Shown here: positions 41,704 through 51,700 of the stretch, in pieces
How the letters are laid out: each line of letters opens with the position of its first letter
How positions within the stretch are numbered: position 1 is the stretch's first letter
From: an uncultured delta proteobacterium
Lineage (GTDB): Bacteria > Myxococcota_A > Polyangia > Haliangiales > Haliangiaceae
NCBI GenBank assembly: GCA_963848295.1
Contig: CAWKDB010000010.1
Coordinates: forward strand, 2,304,001-2,368,000
DNA length: 64,000 nt
Direction of reading: 5' to 3'
Program-made: the position numbers and the translations under genes
The notes under the pieces: model-generated
Database searches by the model: none
What the model was told of the DNA's origin: nothing
What the model saw: only the letters and a program-made list of their open reading frames with translations

Positions 41704-42975
41704 ATGCGCGTCATCGCGGGGCTCGTAACGGTAGCGGCGTGTTACGCGCCGCATCCGCAGCTCGGTGCGCAGTGCGGCCCGAACGGCGAGTGCCCGTCGG
41801 GTCTGACGTGCATCGACGACAAGTGCGGTGGTAGCGAACCGATCGACGCGCCGCTGTCGAGCGAAGGGCTGCCGCCCGACGCGCCGCCGCCCGACGCGAC
41901 CCCGGCGTGCGTGATGTGGGGTGCGCAGCGCTACTTCGATCCGTGCATGCTGCCGATGCCGATGGGCGACCTCGACCTGGTGTCGAACGGCCAGAACCCC
42001 GGCTACATCCTCCATACCGATTCCGGGGTGCTGACCGACCGCAGCAACATGACGCAGATCGCGATCGCGACGATGACGAATCCGAACGATGGCTCACTGC
42101 TCGTGTCGGTGTCGAGCTTGGAGATCGAGTCTGGCGCGAGCCTACGCGTCGACGGTCCGGTGCCGGTCGAGATCGCATCGTGGAGCACGATCACGATCGA
42201 CGGCGGGCTCGATGTCGCGGGCCATCACATTTTCGGCAACTCCGGCGCGGGCAGCAACCCGAGCACGTGCCACGACGGCGGCGGCGGCATGGACGGCGAT
42301 GCGACCGACGGCGCGGGCGGCGGCGGCGGCGGCGGCGGCAACCAGAACGGCGGCGACGGCGGCAACGGCAGCCTCGGCAAGGGCGGCCGGCATGGCTCGC
42401 TCGAGCAAGGGACACCCACGATCGTCCAGGGCGGTTGCGACGGCGGCCACGGCGGCATGGGCGGCGGCGGGCAGTCGGGCAACGGCTCCGGCGGCGGCGC
42501 GGTCCACCTCGACGCCGCAACGTCGATCGCGATCTCCGGCACGATCAACGCGAGCGGCACCGGCGGCAAGGGCGGGTTCGCCCCCTACGGCGCCGGGGGT
42601 GGCGGTGGTTCCGGCGGGTACATCGGTTTCGAGGCGCCGACCGTCACCGCGATGTCGACCGCGATCATCGTATCGAACGGCGGCGCCGGCGGCGGCGGCG
42701 CGGACGATCTGACCGGCAACGGCTCGCCGGGACAAGACGGTCAAACGTCAAGCTCCGCTGCGATCGGTGGCTCCCCCGGCAGCGTGGACGCGTGCAGCAC
42801 CGCCGGCGGCAATGGTGGCTATGTTCAAGCGAATGCCGGTGTCACGGCGGTCGACGCGACGTGCGGCGGCGGCGGTGGCGGTGGCGCGACCGGCTACATG
42901 ATCAAGATCTCGGGAGACTTCGCGACGGTGCCCGGCGCGATCATCTCACCCGCGCCGAAGCCGCCGAACGACTAA
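41704..42975 (+). CDS. Glycine-rich lipoprotein
   Basis: Lipobox VAAC; Cys-rich N-terminus; GGGGG.SGG repeats. Confidence 0.8.
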   Translation: MRVIAGLVTVAACYAPHPQLGAQCGPNGECPSGLTCIDDKCGGSEPIDAPLSSEGLPPDAPPPDATPACVMWGAQRYFDPCMLPMPMGDLDLVSNGQNPGYILHTDSGVLTDRSNMTQIAIATMTNPNDGSLLVSVSSLEIESGASLRVDGPVPVEIASWSTITIDGGLDVAGHHIFGNSGAGSNPSTCHDGGGGMDGDATDGAGGGGGGGGNQNGGDGGNGSLGKGGRHGSLEQGTPTIVQGGCDGGHGGMGGGGQSGNGSGGGAVHLDAATSIAISGTINASGTGGKGGFAPYGAGGGGGSGGYIGFEAPTVTAMSTAIIVSNGGAGGGGADDLTGNGSPGQDGQTSSSAAIGGSPGSVDACSTAGGNGGYVQANAGVTAVDATCGGGGGGGATGYMIKISGDFATVPGAIISPAPKPPND

Positions 42976-42992
42976 CAACCTCGCGGGATCGT

Positions 42993-44291
42993 CTAGGTCG
43001 TGGCCGGCTTCGGTGCGCTGAGCGCGACGAACAGACCGAGCGCGACGGCCGCGGCGGCGAGCATGGCCCAGCTGACGAGCCAGCCGGCGGTGATCATCGC
43101 GCCACCGATCGTGGGTGCGATCGTCATCGCGAGCGAGCTCAGCGAGCCGGAGATACCGAGCACGACGCCCTGCTCGAACCGACTGGCCGTTTGCGACATC
43201 TGGCTGGTCAGCACCGGGCGCAACACTCCGTTGCCGAACGACGAGAAGATCGCGGCGATGCCGAGCACGATCACGCTGTACGCGAAGCCGAGCACGACGT
43301 ATGCCGCGATCGCAGACACGAAGCCCGCGATCGCGAGCTTGACCTCGCCGAGCCGCTTGACGAGCCGCCCGATCAAGCCGCCTTGCAAGATGATGCCGAG
43401 CACGCCGCTGAACGTGAACAGCCGGCCGACCTCGTGTGATGTCCACGGCCGGCGCCCGACCGCGATCACGTGAAGCACGTGGGCGAACGAGCTCAACGGG
43501 CCGAAGTCGCCACTCGTCCACAGGTCGGCCGTGAACCTCCGCTCGGCGAACAGCGCGAACCCGGACGTGAACAACGAGAACGCGAACGCGAACAGGATGA
43601 ATCGCACGAACAACGACGCGAGCTCAGGGCGACGAAAATAAGTCGCGTAGGTCTCGAAATCGAATAGCCCCGGACGTTGTCCGCCGGGCCCGGCGACCGG
43701 GCTCGGTTGCGCCTCGGGACGCGCATCCTTGGGTTCGCGCAACAACGTATAGGTGCAGAGGATGCTGCAAGCGGACAGGCCCGCGGCGACGAGAAACGGG
43801 ATCTGGATCCCGTAAGGCGACAGCTCGCTCGCGATCGTCGGGCCGATCGCGAAGCCGATGCCGAACGCGATGCCGATCACGGCGAACGACTGCGCGCGTT
43901 TCTCGGGAGCGGTGTGATCCGAGATGTACGCCTGTGCCGTCGAGAGATTTCCCGCGGTGATGCCATCGATGATGCGACCGGCAAACACGAGCCACAGGCT
44001 GTTCGCGAAGCCGACGATCAGGAAGCCGATGCACGTGCCGGCCTGGCTGACCAACAACAGCCGCCGGCGGCCGTAGCGATCGGACAGCTTACCGATCACC
44101 GGCGTCGCGAACAGCGAGCACGCGGCGTAGCACGACGACACGAGGCCAGCGACGAGCGGCGACGCTCCGAAGTGCTCGACGTAGAACCCCTGCAGCGGGA
44201 GCACGATCGTCAGGCCAAGCACGTCCACGAGCACGATCAGGAAGATCGGCAGAAGCGGGGAGCGCGTGCGCACGACGGTCGAGGATGTCAT
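42993..44291 (-). CDS. MFS transporter (TetA/DHA1-like)
   Basis: GKLSDRYGRR, GRIIDGITAGN, GFAIGP. Confidence 0.9.
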   Translation of the reverse strand: MTSSTVVRTRSPLLPIFLIVLVDVLGLTIVLPLQGFYVEHFGASPLVAGLVSSCYAACSLFATPVIGKLSDRYGRRRLLLVSQAGTCIGFLIVGFANSLWLVFAGRIIDGITAGNLSTAQAYISDHTAPEKRAQSFAVIGIAFGIGFAIGPTIASELSPYGIQIPFLVAAGLSACSILCTYTLLREPKDARPEAQPSPVAGPGGQRPGLFDFETYATYFRRPELASLFVRFILFAFAFSLFTSGFALFAERRFTADLWTSGDFGPLSSFAHVLHVIAVGRRPWTSHEVGRLFTFSGVLGIILQGGLIGRLVKRLGEVKLAIAGFVSAIAAYVVLGFAYSVIVLGIAAIFSSFGNGVLRPVLTSQMSQTASRFEQGVVLGISGSLSSLAMTIAPTIGGAMITAGWLVSWAMLAAAAVALGLFVALSAPKPATT

Positions 44292-44341
44292 GAATCGCAT
44301 GCCCTTGCCCGCGCGGCGCGCCTGACCGATACTGGAGCGGC

Positions 44342-44662
44342 ATGACGATCGCGCGACGAGCGATGGCGGCGTTGACCTGCGCCGCATTTCTCAGCGGCTG
44401 CTTCGGCTACAACCACTCCGCAAAGAAGTGGGCGTACCTCGGAGACACGTTGCTGATCCTCGGAGGCGGTGCGGCGATGGGGGCCGATCTCGCCACGCGC
44501 CCCGGACCGTGCATGGCAGGCGTCATCCCGGGCACCGAGGGTTGCCCGCTCTACACCGCGCCGGTGAGCGGCGGCACGGTCGTCGGTGCGGTGTTGCTCG
44601 CGGCGGGCCTGTTCGGCCTCGTGTTCAATGCGACGCGGCCGACTGTGAAAACATCACGTTAA
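44342..44662 (+). CDS. Small membrane lipoprotein
   Basis: Lipobox LSGC, two hydrophobic segments. Confidence 0.7.
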   Translation: MTIARRAMAALTCAAFLSGCFGYNHSAKKWAYLGDTLLILGGGAAMGADLATRPGPCMAGVIPGTEGCPLYTAPVSGGTVVGAVLLAAGLFGLVFNATRPTVKTSR

Positions 44663-44668
44663 CTGGGA

Positions 44669-45553
44669 CTACTTGACCTGGAACTTCCAGGTCGCGCCGT
44701 CTTCGCCGGTGCCCAGGTTCTGGCTGCCCGGGATGCTGTAGCTGAAGCGGATCTGACCGCGCGCTTCGTAACTGCCCCTCGGCGCGGTGCACGAGGTCGT
44801 CGCGATCATGGTGTGATCCTCGATCTTCAGCTGGTCGCCTTTGAGCGTCATCGCGTCGCACTTGATGTCTTTCGGAGCTGACAAGTCGAACTGCATCGGC
44901 GCGCTCGGGCTGTAGCTCAGCCACGGCGACAGCTGGACCTTGAAGGTGAGCTGGAACTTGTCGCCGACCCTGACGGTCTGTGGGCCCTCTTGCGACGTCG
45001 TGAAGTCCTTGACGGCGCCGGCGAGCGCGTTCGCCTTCGCGTCGCGGGCGTCGAGCTCTTCCGACGCGGAGTTCGCAGCGACGAGCGCGACCTTGCCATC
45101 GACGTCGACGACGATCGACGACGGACCGGGCCCGAGTCCGAGCTGCTTCGTCAACTTCTTGACGCCGGGACCGAACGCGACCGTGCCGCGGCCGATGCCC
45201 TCGCTCTCGCGGATCGGATCGAGCTTCTTCGCATCGCGCTGGCTGCCGTCGATGTAGGCGACGATGTAGATCTTGCCGGCGTCGCGCAGCGTGATGATGC
45301 GCGCGAGATCGTCGGCGCACGGCTTCGCCTTGGCCGAGCAGAACCAGTGGATCACGACCTTGCCCGCGGCATCCGAGGCCGACGGCGCGTCGTACATCCA
45401 TTGCAGCTTCGGCCATTCCGCCTCGCCGGTCAGGCCGAGCGAGCCACCCGGTTTCGGCAGCGTGGCGACCGGCCCCTTCGAGGTATCCGCGGCGGCCGTG
45501 GTGGCGGCGAACGCGAGCGGAAGCACAAACGCAAGCGAGGTTATGCGTGACAT
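44669..45553 (-). CDS. Secreted hypothetical protein (thioredoxin-like fold possible)
   Basis: Signal peptide; GKVVIHWFC..C, SIVVDVDGKV; strong codon bias. Confidence 0.75.
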   Translation of the reverse strand: MSRITSLAFVLPLAFAATTAAADTSKGPVATLPKPGGSLGLTGEAEWPKLQWMYDAPSASDAAGKVVIHWFCSAKAKPCADDLARIITLRDAGKIYIVAYIDGSQRDAKKLDPIRESEGIGRGTVAFGPGVKKLTKQLGLGPGPSSIVVDVDGKVALVAANSASEELDARDAKANALAGAVKDFTTSQEGPQTVRVGDKFQLTFKVQLSPWLSYSPSAPMQFDLSAPKDIKCDAMTLKGDQLKIEDHTMIATTSCTAPRGSYEARGQIRFSYSIPGSQNLGTGEDGATWKFQVK

Positions 45554-45583
45554 GGCCGCTTTATAGCGCGACGAGGGGAAGCC

Positions 45584-47203
45584 GTGTGCTTGCGAGCACG
45601 CGGGTCTCGTGCGTTGCTACGGACGGTGCGCGCGCTCGGGATATTCATGGCGGTGGCCGCCTGTTCGGCCGGCCGCACCCCACGGCCGGTGCCCGTCGCG
45701 GTCCCGAGGCCCGTGCCCGCGCCCGCGCCCGCGTCTGTCCGGGCGCCCGAGCCTGTCCTCGAACCACTCGGCGCAGCCTGCGACGCGGCTCGATCGTGCA
45801 CTCCCGCGCTGACCTGCCTGCCGGTCGCCGGCGGGTTCTGCACCGCGCGCTGCGAAGACGCCGCATGCGCTGGCGCGTGCGTGCCGACCCCGCGCTTCGG
45901 CTCGATCTGCGCGCCGCCGTGCTCGACCGACGCCGATTGCCGCGGCGACGACGCGTTCGTCTGCGACCCGACATGGCATGCCTGCCTGCTGCCGAACCTC
46001 GCCGCGATCGTGCCGCGCACCTGCGCCGCGCAAGCTCACCGCGACCCGGCGGCGGGCGAGGTCACCGCGATCACGACCGATGATTCACCCGGCGGTTCGC
46101 AGCGCTCGCCGACCGCGGTCCTCACCGATGACGGCTCGCTCGTCGCGCTGTACTCGCTCGGCGACGGCGACGGGCTCGGCGGCACCGCAACCGCGCCCGG
46201 ATCCGCCGAGGCGCATGCGCGCGACCCGTCGATCGCGCGTGACCATGCCGGCACGCTGTTCGCGGCGTGGCACGAGCTCGACGCGAACGGACTCGCGCTG
46301 CTCGAGATCGCGAGCTCGCACGATCGCGGCGCGACGTGGTCGCCGCCGGTCACGGCCGACGAGCCGCTCGCGTGCGGCGCGCTCGCCGACGGTGCCTGCT
46401 TCGCGCCGCCGGCCATCGCGGTCGGTCCCGATCCGAGGCGGCGCGGCGCCGAGATCCTCTACGTCGTGCACGGCGGCGGCGATGTCGGCGTGCGGGTGCT
46501 CGCGTCGCACGACGCCGGTGCGACGTTCTCGACGTCGGCGACGCCGCTCGCGGGCGGCGCGGCGAGCGCGGCGGTCGGCAGCGACGGCCGGTTGTACGTC
46601 GTCGCGCTCACCGGAGGCCCGCGTGATGGCTACGGCTCCGCGATGCAGCAGGCCGGCTATGCGGTCTCGGCCGACGCTGGCGAGACGTTCACGCACGGCA
46701 CGATCAGTCCGCGCGACGAGCTCCTGCCGTACTACTTCGCAACGCCCGCGATCGCGCTCGACGATCGCCGGCGCATCCTCTATTTCGCGTATGTCCGCGG
46801 CGGTCGCGATGCGACGTGGGACATCGTGATCGCGGCGACCCGCGACGCAGGTAAGACGTGGAAGCGAGCGATCCTCGGCGATCACTGCGCGTGGCACGCG
46901 GTGCCGACGCTCGCGGTCGATCCGGCCACCGGCGTGCTTCACGTCGCGTATTACGACTCGGCCGGCGACGGCGGCTTCACCCATGCGATCTGCACGATCG
47001 GGGCGGCGAAGTGCGCGGTGCTCGGCGCGCTCGACGACGCGCCCGCGCCGGTATCGACCGTGCGCCATGCCGCGAATGCCCTCGGCGATCGCGCGGTGCT
47101 CGCGATCGATGACCGCGCTCGCGTATTGCACGCGGTGTGGACGCGCGCCGGCTCGGCGGCGAGCCGCATCGTGCAAGTCGTCGTCAAGCTGCCGAAGCGC
47201 TAG
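45584..47203 (+). CDS. Lipoprotein with Cys-rich N-domain and BNR/Asp-box (sialidase-like) propeller
   Basis: SHDRGATWS, SHDAGATFS, SADAGETF, TRDAGKTW Asp-boxes; start uncertain (ATG 45647 possible). Confidence 0.78.
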   Translation: MCLRARGSRALLRTVRALGIFMAVAACSAGRTPRPVPVAVPRPVPAPAPASVRAPEPVLEPLGAACDAARSCTPALTCLPVAGGFCTARCEDAACAGACVPTPRFGSICAPPCSTDADCRGDDAFVCDPTWHACLLPNLAAIVPRTCAAQAHRDPAAGEVTAITTDDSPGGSQRSPTAVLTDDGSLVALYSLGDGDGLGGTATAPGSAEAHARDPSIARDHAGTLFAAWHELDANGLALLEIASSHDRGATWSPPVTADEPLACGALADGACFAPPAIAVGPDPRRRGAEILYVVHGGGDVGVRVLASHDAGATFSTSATPLAGGAASAAVGSDGRLYVVALTGGPRDGYGSAMQQAGYAVSADAGETFTHGTISPRDELLPYYFATPAIALDDRRRILYFAYVRGGRDATWDIVIAATRDAGKTWKRAILGDHCAWHAVPTLAVDPATGVLHVAYYDSAGDGGFTHAICTIGAAKCAVLGALDDAPAPVSTVRHAANALGDRAVLAIDDRARVLHAVWTRAGSAASRIVQVVVKLPKR

Positions 47204-47316
47204 AGTGACGGCGATTCGTGTTGCGCACTGTTGCGCGGCGAGTTCGCCGAGAACCCACGGCGTGCCGGCGCGTCTACATTCCTGCACGACCCATCACCCT
47301 GGACTGGATCACCGCC

Positions 47317-47796
47317 ATGAAGCTCGTAGCTCTCCCCACGTTCGCGGCGTTGTCATTGTTCGCGCTGGTCGCCGCGGCCGACGGTCCAGCCCGCAAACCG
47401 CCTTCCGCGGCCACGTGCAAACCGAGCGGCGACGTTTCCTTCGAGATCGATCACACGATCCACAAGCCGCAGACGTCGACGTTGAAGATCTACGCGAACG
47501 GCGCGTGGACGCTGACGTCGACCGACAAGACCGGCGCGGCCGGCCCGAGCGGTGGCGCCTGCCTCGACGCGGAGACCTCGGCGCAGGTCAACGACCTCGT
47601 CAAGTCCGCGCCATGGACGACCAAGAGCGTCATCCACTGCATGGCGCGCAACGGCGAAGCGACCGTGTACCTCTCGCACGGCAAGCGGCTGTTCACCGAG
47701 GTGATGTGCAACGGGAACCGGCTCGACGACAAGAGCGCGAGGGCGCTCGAGCAGCTCAAGGCGATCGCCGCGAAGCTCCAGCCCGCGGCGCCGTGA
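47317..47796 (+). CDS. Secreted hypothetical protein
   Basis: MKLVALPTFAALSLFALVAAA signal; 4 Cys. Confidence 0.75.
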   Translation: MKLVALPTFAALSLFALVAAADGPARKPPSAATCKPSGDVSFEIDHTIHKPQTSTLKIYANGAWTLTSTDKTGAAGPSGGACLDAETSAQVNDLVKSAPWTTKSVIHCMARNGEATVYLSHGKRLFTEVMCNGNRLDDKSARALEQLKAIAAKLQPAAP

Positions 47797-47816
47797 ACGC
47801 AGCGTAGCGTACGAGC

Positions 47817-48692
47817 TCAGCGCAACCGCTTCGCGCTGAACGCGAAGCTGATCGAGCTCGCCGGGCCGCCGCGCGCCACGCCGTCCGGTGCGCGAATCAC
47901 GACATCGCCTTGGATGATGTCGTGGAACGTCGTCGAGTCTGCGACCTCTGCGGCCGAGACCACGCCGTCGCCATCGCTATCGGCTGCGAGCCGCACCGTA
48001 TCGGTCGCGGGTAACGACGTGATGAACGACGCGATCGGCGGCGCGATGGCGCCGCGAGCGACGTCGACATCGATCGCGCCGCCGAACCAGCCGACCAGCG
48101 CATCGTTGGTGACCGTCGCCGCGATCATCATGCCGTCGCCCTCGGTCCAACCCACGCCGGCGATGCCGAGCGGATCCGCGAGCGCGACGAGGGGCACGCG
48201 CAGCTCGCCATCGCTCGCGGCGAGGCCGTTGTCGCGCAGCGTGCCGACCGCTCGAGCGAGCACCTTCGGGATCATCATGCCGCCGGCACCATCGGCGAGC
48301 TGCATCCCGCGATCGATCGTGACGCGCGCCTGGCCGTCACTGCACGCGTCGATCGCGATCAGCCACGGCACGTCGGTCGCGAGCCGCTCGGGAAATCGCC
48401 CGGCGACCGCGAACATCGGCTCGAGCGACGTGATCGCATCGTGCGCGAGGCCGAGCGCGTCGTCGGGATGGCCATCGCCGTCGAGGTCGAGCCGCTCCGC
48501 GCGCGGCGCCGCCGGGTCGAGCGAGACCAGCCGATACGTCGTGGTCTGCGCGGCGCAGGTCATCGGGGCGTTATCGAGCCGAGCGGCAGGATCTGGATCG
48601 TCCGGGTTGTCCGCGCAGCCGCCGGACAAAACCGCGCAGACCGTCCACAACCGGACGCTCGTGAATCGAGGAAATAGGTAGTTGCGAGTCAT
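47817..48692 (-). CDS. Hypothetical lipoprotein with DxDxDG Ca-binding-like motifs
   Basis: SGGC lipobox; DLDGDG and DSDGDGVVS. Confidence 0.7.
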   Translation of the reverse strand: MTRNYLFPRFTSVRLWTVCAVLSGGCADNPDDPDPAARLDNAPMTCAAQTTTYRLVSLDPAAPRAERLDLDGDGHPDDALGLAHDAITSLEPMFAVAGRFPERLATDVPWLIAIDACSDGQARVTIDRGMQLADGAGGMMIPKVLARAVGTLRDNGLAASDGELRVPLVALADPLGIAGVGWTEGDGMMIAATVTNDALVGWFGGAIDVDVARGAIAPPIASFITSLPATDTVRLAADSDGDGVVSAAEVADSTTFHDIIQGDVVIRAPDGVARGGPASSISFAFSAKRLR

Positions 48693-48740
48693 GCAGCGGC
48701 AACGAGCAAGCGGCGGACCATCGGAGTAGATTCGCCGCCG

Positions 48741-51700
48741 ATGGCAGCGCGGCGGGTCGAAGGGACGGCACTGTTGGTCGCCGGACACGGCGCGATCGAC
48801 GGCAACTTCGACGCGTCGGCGATCCACACGCTCGGCAAGATCGGGGAAACCCTGCTCGCGACCGGCGCGGTCTGGCAGATTCGCCGCCTCAGCGCGGTCG
48901 CCGGCGAGCGCTATCCCGCCGATCGCCCGACGCTCAAGCAGCACCTCGACGAGCTCGTCACCCAACCGGTGCGCGCCGCGATGATCGTCGTGGTCGGCGT
49001 GATCGACGAGCTCGCGACCGGGTCCGCGCTGATCACCGGGCGTAATCACCGCGACTATCCCGACGACGCGACGCTGTCGCTCGCCTGGATCCGCGAACGG
49101 CTCGAGCGAGCGCGCGCCGAGCAGCTGATCGTCGTCGTGTCGGGCCGTGGCGCAGGCCCGGAGCGCTGGCGCGATGCACTCGCGACCGGCCGGCCGAATC
49201 ATCTGATCGCCGCCGCCGCGAGCGACACCGGCGCGCCGATGATCGACGCGCTGCTCGCGGGCTTGCGCGGCGACGCGCTCGATCACCGCACCGGCACGGT
49301 GACGATGAAGAGCCTCGGCGATCACCTCGCCGGCCGGCTCGCGACCGCGGCGCTGCAGCGCGCCGACACGTCGCAGACGCTCGCGCAGTCGCCGCCGCTC
49401 GCCGGCCTGTGGGACGTTCGCCGCTCGCAGCTGACCGCGACCCGGCGGCGCGGACCGCAACCGAGCGGCGAGCTCGACGATCTGACCGGCACCGTGCTGC
49501 CCGGCCGGTTCCGCGTCGACGGCATGATCGCGCGCGGCGCGTTCGGCACGGTCTATCGCGCGCGCCAGCTCGCGGTCGAGCGCGACATCGCGATCAAGGT
49601 GTTGCACGCCGACATCGATCCCGGATCCGACGACGGCCGGCTGTTCGTCCACGAGATCCGCAGCGTCGGCCGCATCGATCATCCGAACGTCGTGCGGATC
49701 TATCAAGCCGACATCGCGCAGGACGGCCGGCTGTTCTACGCGATGGAGCTACTGGACGGTCGCGACCTGCAACAGCTCGTCCCGAGCCCCAAGCTCGCGG
49801 GCGACGGACCTGCGCCGGCGCTCGAGGTCGACGTCGACTCGCCGGTGCCGCAAGATCGCGCGGTCGAGCTCGTGCGCCAGTTGCTCGCGGGCCTGGGCGC
49901 GGCGCACGATGCCGGCCTCGTCCACGCCGACGTCAAGCCGGCGAACGCGATCGTCATCGGCGAGCGCTTGGTGCTCGTCGACTTCGGCTTGGCGCGCTTG
50001 CGCAACCCGGATCGTCCGGCGGAATCGGCGGGCGGCACGCCGGCGTTCATGGCTCCCGAGCAGCTCGCCGACGGTCGCGTCGATGCGCGCAGCGATCTGT
50101 TCTCCGCCGCGCTCGTGCTCGTCGCGCTGCTCACCGGGTGGCGGCGCAAGACCGCGCAGGAGATCGTGCCGCCGCTCGACGGCGTCGCCGATCCGAAGCT
50201 GCGCGCCGTGCTGGCCCGCGCGCTCGCGATCGATCCGGCGCAGCGCTACCCGACCGCGCGCGAGCTCGCCGCGGCGTTGATCGGCACGGCGCTCGCGTCG
50301 ACCGACGTCGCGCCGCCGCCGGTGCTGCCGTTTCGGTTGTTCGCGCCGCTGACCGAAGCCGATCGCGAGCGCTTGCACGGACGCGAAGCGGATATCGCGG
50401 AGCTGATCGAGCACGTGCTGTATCGCCGGACCGTGATCTACACGGCGCCGTCGGGCACCGGCAAGACGTCGCTGCTGCGCGCCGGCCTCGTGCCACGGCT
50501 CGAAGCGCTCGGCGTCGCGGTCGCGTACGTGCGGTGCCGCAACGCGCCGGTCGGTGCGATCGCGCAGGCGATCGTGCCGGGTGCGAGCTCGGTCGCCGAG
50601 GCGATCACGCACCACACCGCGCAGCGCGGCGGCAAGCTGGTCATCGTGCTCGATCAGCTCGAAGCGGTGCTCGCCGACGACGCGGCGAGCGAGCGGCTCG
50701 AAGCCGAGCTCGCGTTCGCGAGCTGGCCGGCGGAAGCCGACGTCGCGCTCGTGCTCGCGATTCGCGAGGATTATCTCGCGCGGCTCGTCGCGCGCGTCCA
50801 GCGGCTCGAGCCCGGCACCCCGGTCTTGCGGCTGCGGCCGCTTCGCCCGGCCGGCGCTCGCGAGGCGATCGTCGCGCCGATCGCCGAGGCGCGGCTCGCG
50901 ATCGAACCGGGGTTGCTCGAGACCCTCCTCGCCGACTTGCAAGGCGCCGCCGCCGCGCTCGCGCCCGAGCTCGGCTGGGGCAGCGAGCCCGCGGTGTATC
51001 CGCCGCACCTCCAGCTCGCATGCTCGGTGCTGTACGAGGCGCTAGATCCCGACGACACCACGCTGACCCTCGCGCACTACCGCGCGCTCGGCGGGTTCGA
51101 CGCGATCGTCGGCGAGCACCTCGAGCGCGTGCTCGACGTCGAGCTCGCCGGTGGCCGCGATGCGATCGCGCGCGACGTGCTGATCGAGCTCGTCACCACA
51201 TCGCACGAACGCGCGATGCGACCGGAGGCGGAGCTGCTCGATAGCGTCGGCGGCAAGCACAGCGTCGCCGAGGTCGCCGACGTCCTCGAGCTGCTCGGCG
51301 CGCGCGGCCTGATCGTGCGGATCCGTGGCGAGTCGAGCGAGCCGGCGTGGGAGCTCGTGCACGATAGCCTCGTGCCGCGCGTGCTCGCGTGGCTCGACAG
51401 CCGCGACCTCGCGCGCCGCCGCGCGATCGAGCTCGTGCGCTATCACGTGCGCCGCTCGCGCTCGGACAACCCGAGCTTGCTCGGCCGGCGCGAATTGCGC
51501 GAGCTGCGCGGTCACGCCGTCGCGATCGCGGAGATCGACGCGCAATGGCGCGCGCAGCACGACGATCGCTGGAGCCCGGCGACACTCGTCGCGCACTCGC
51601 GCTCGGTGCTGCGCCGGCGCACCGGCTCGATCGTCGGCGTGGTCGCAGCGGCGTTTGCGGTCGCCGGCGTCGGCCTTTACGAGGTGCGCGCGAAAGAGGC

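Noticed and set aside
43440..43540. Long loop in the MFS transporter as an element copy
   Set aside because: No similarity to the 57-nt element.
49775..49835. Extra PSPKLAGDGPAPALEV loop in the kinase as another element copy
   Set aside because: No convincing alignment, ATCGA duplication or GNA hairpin.
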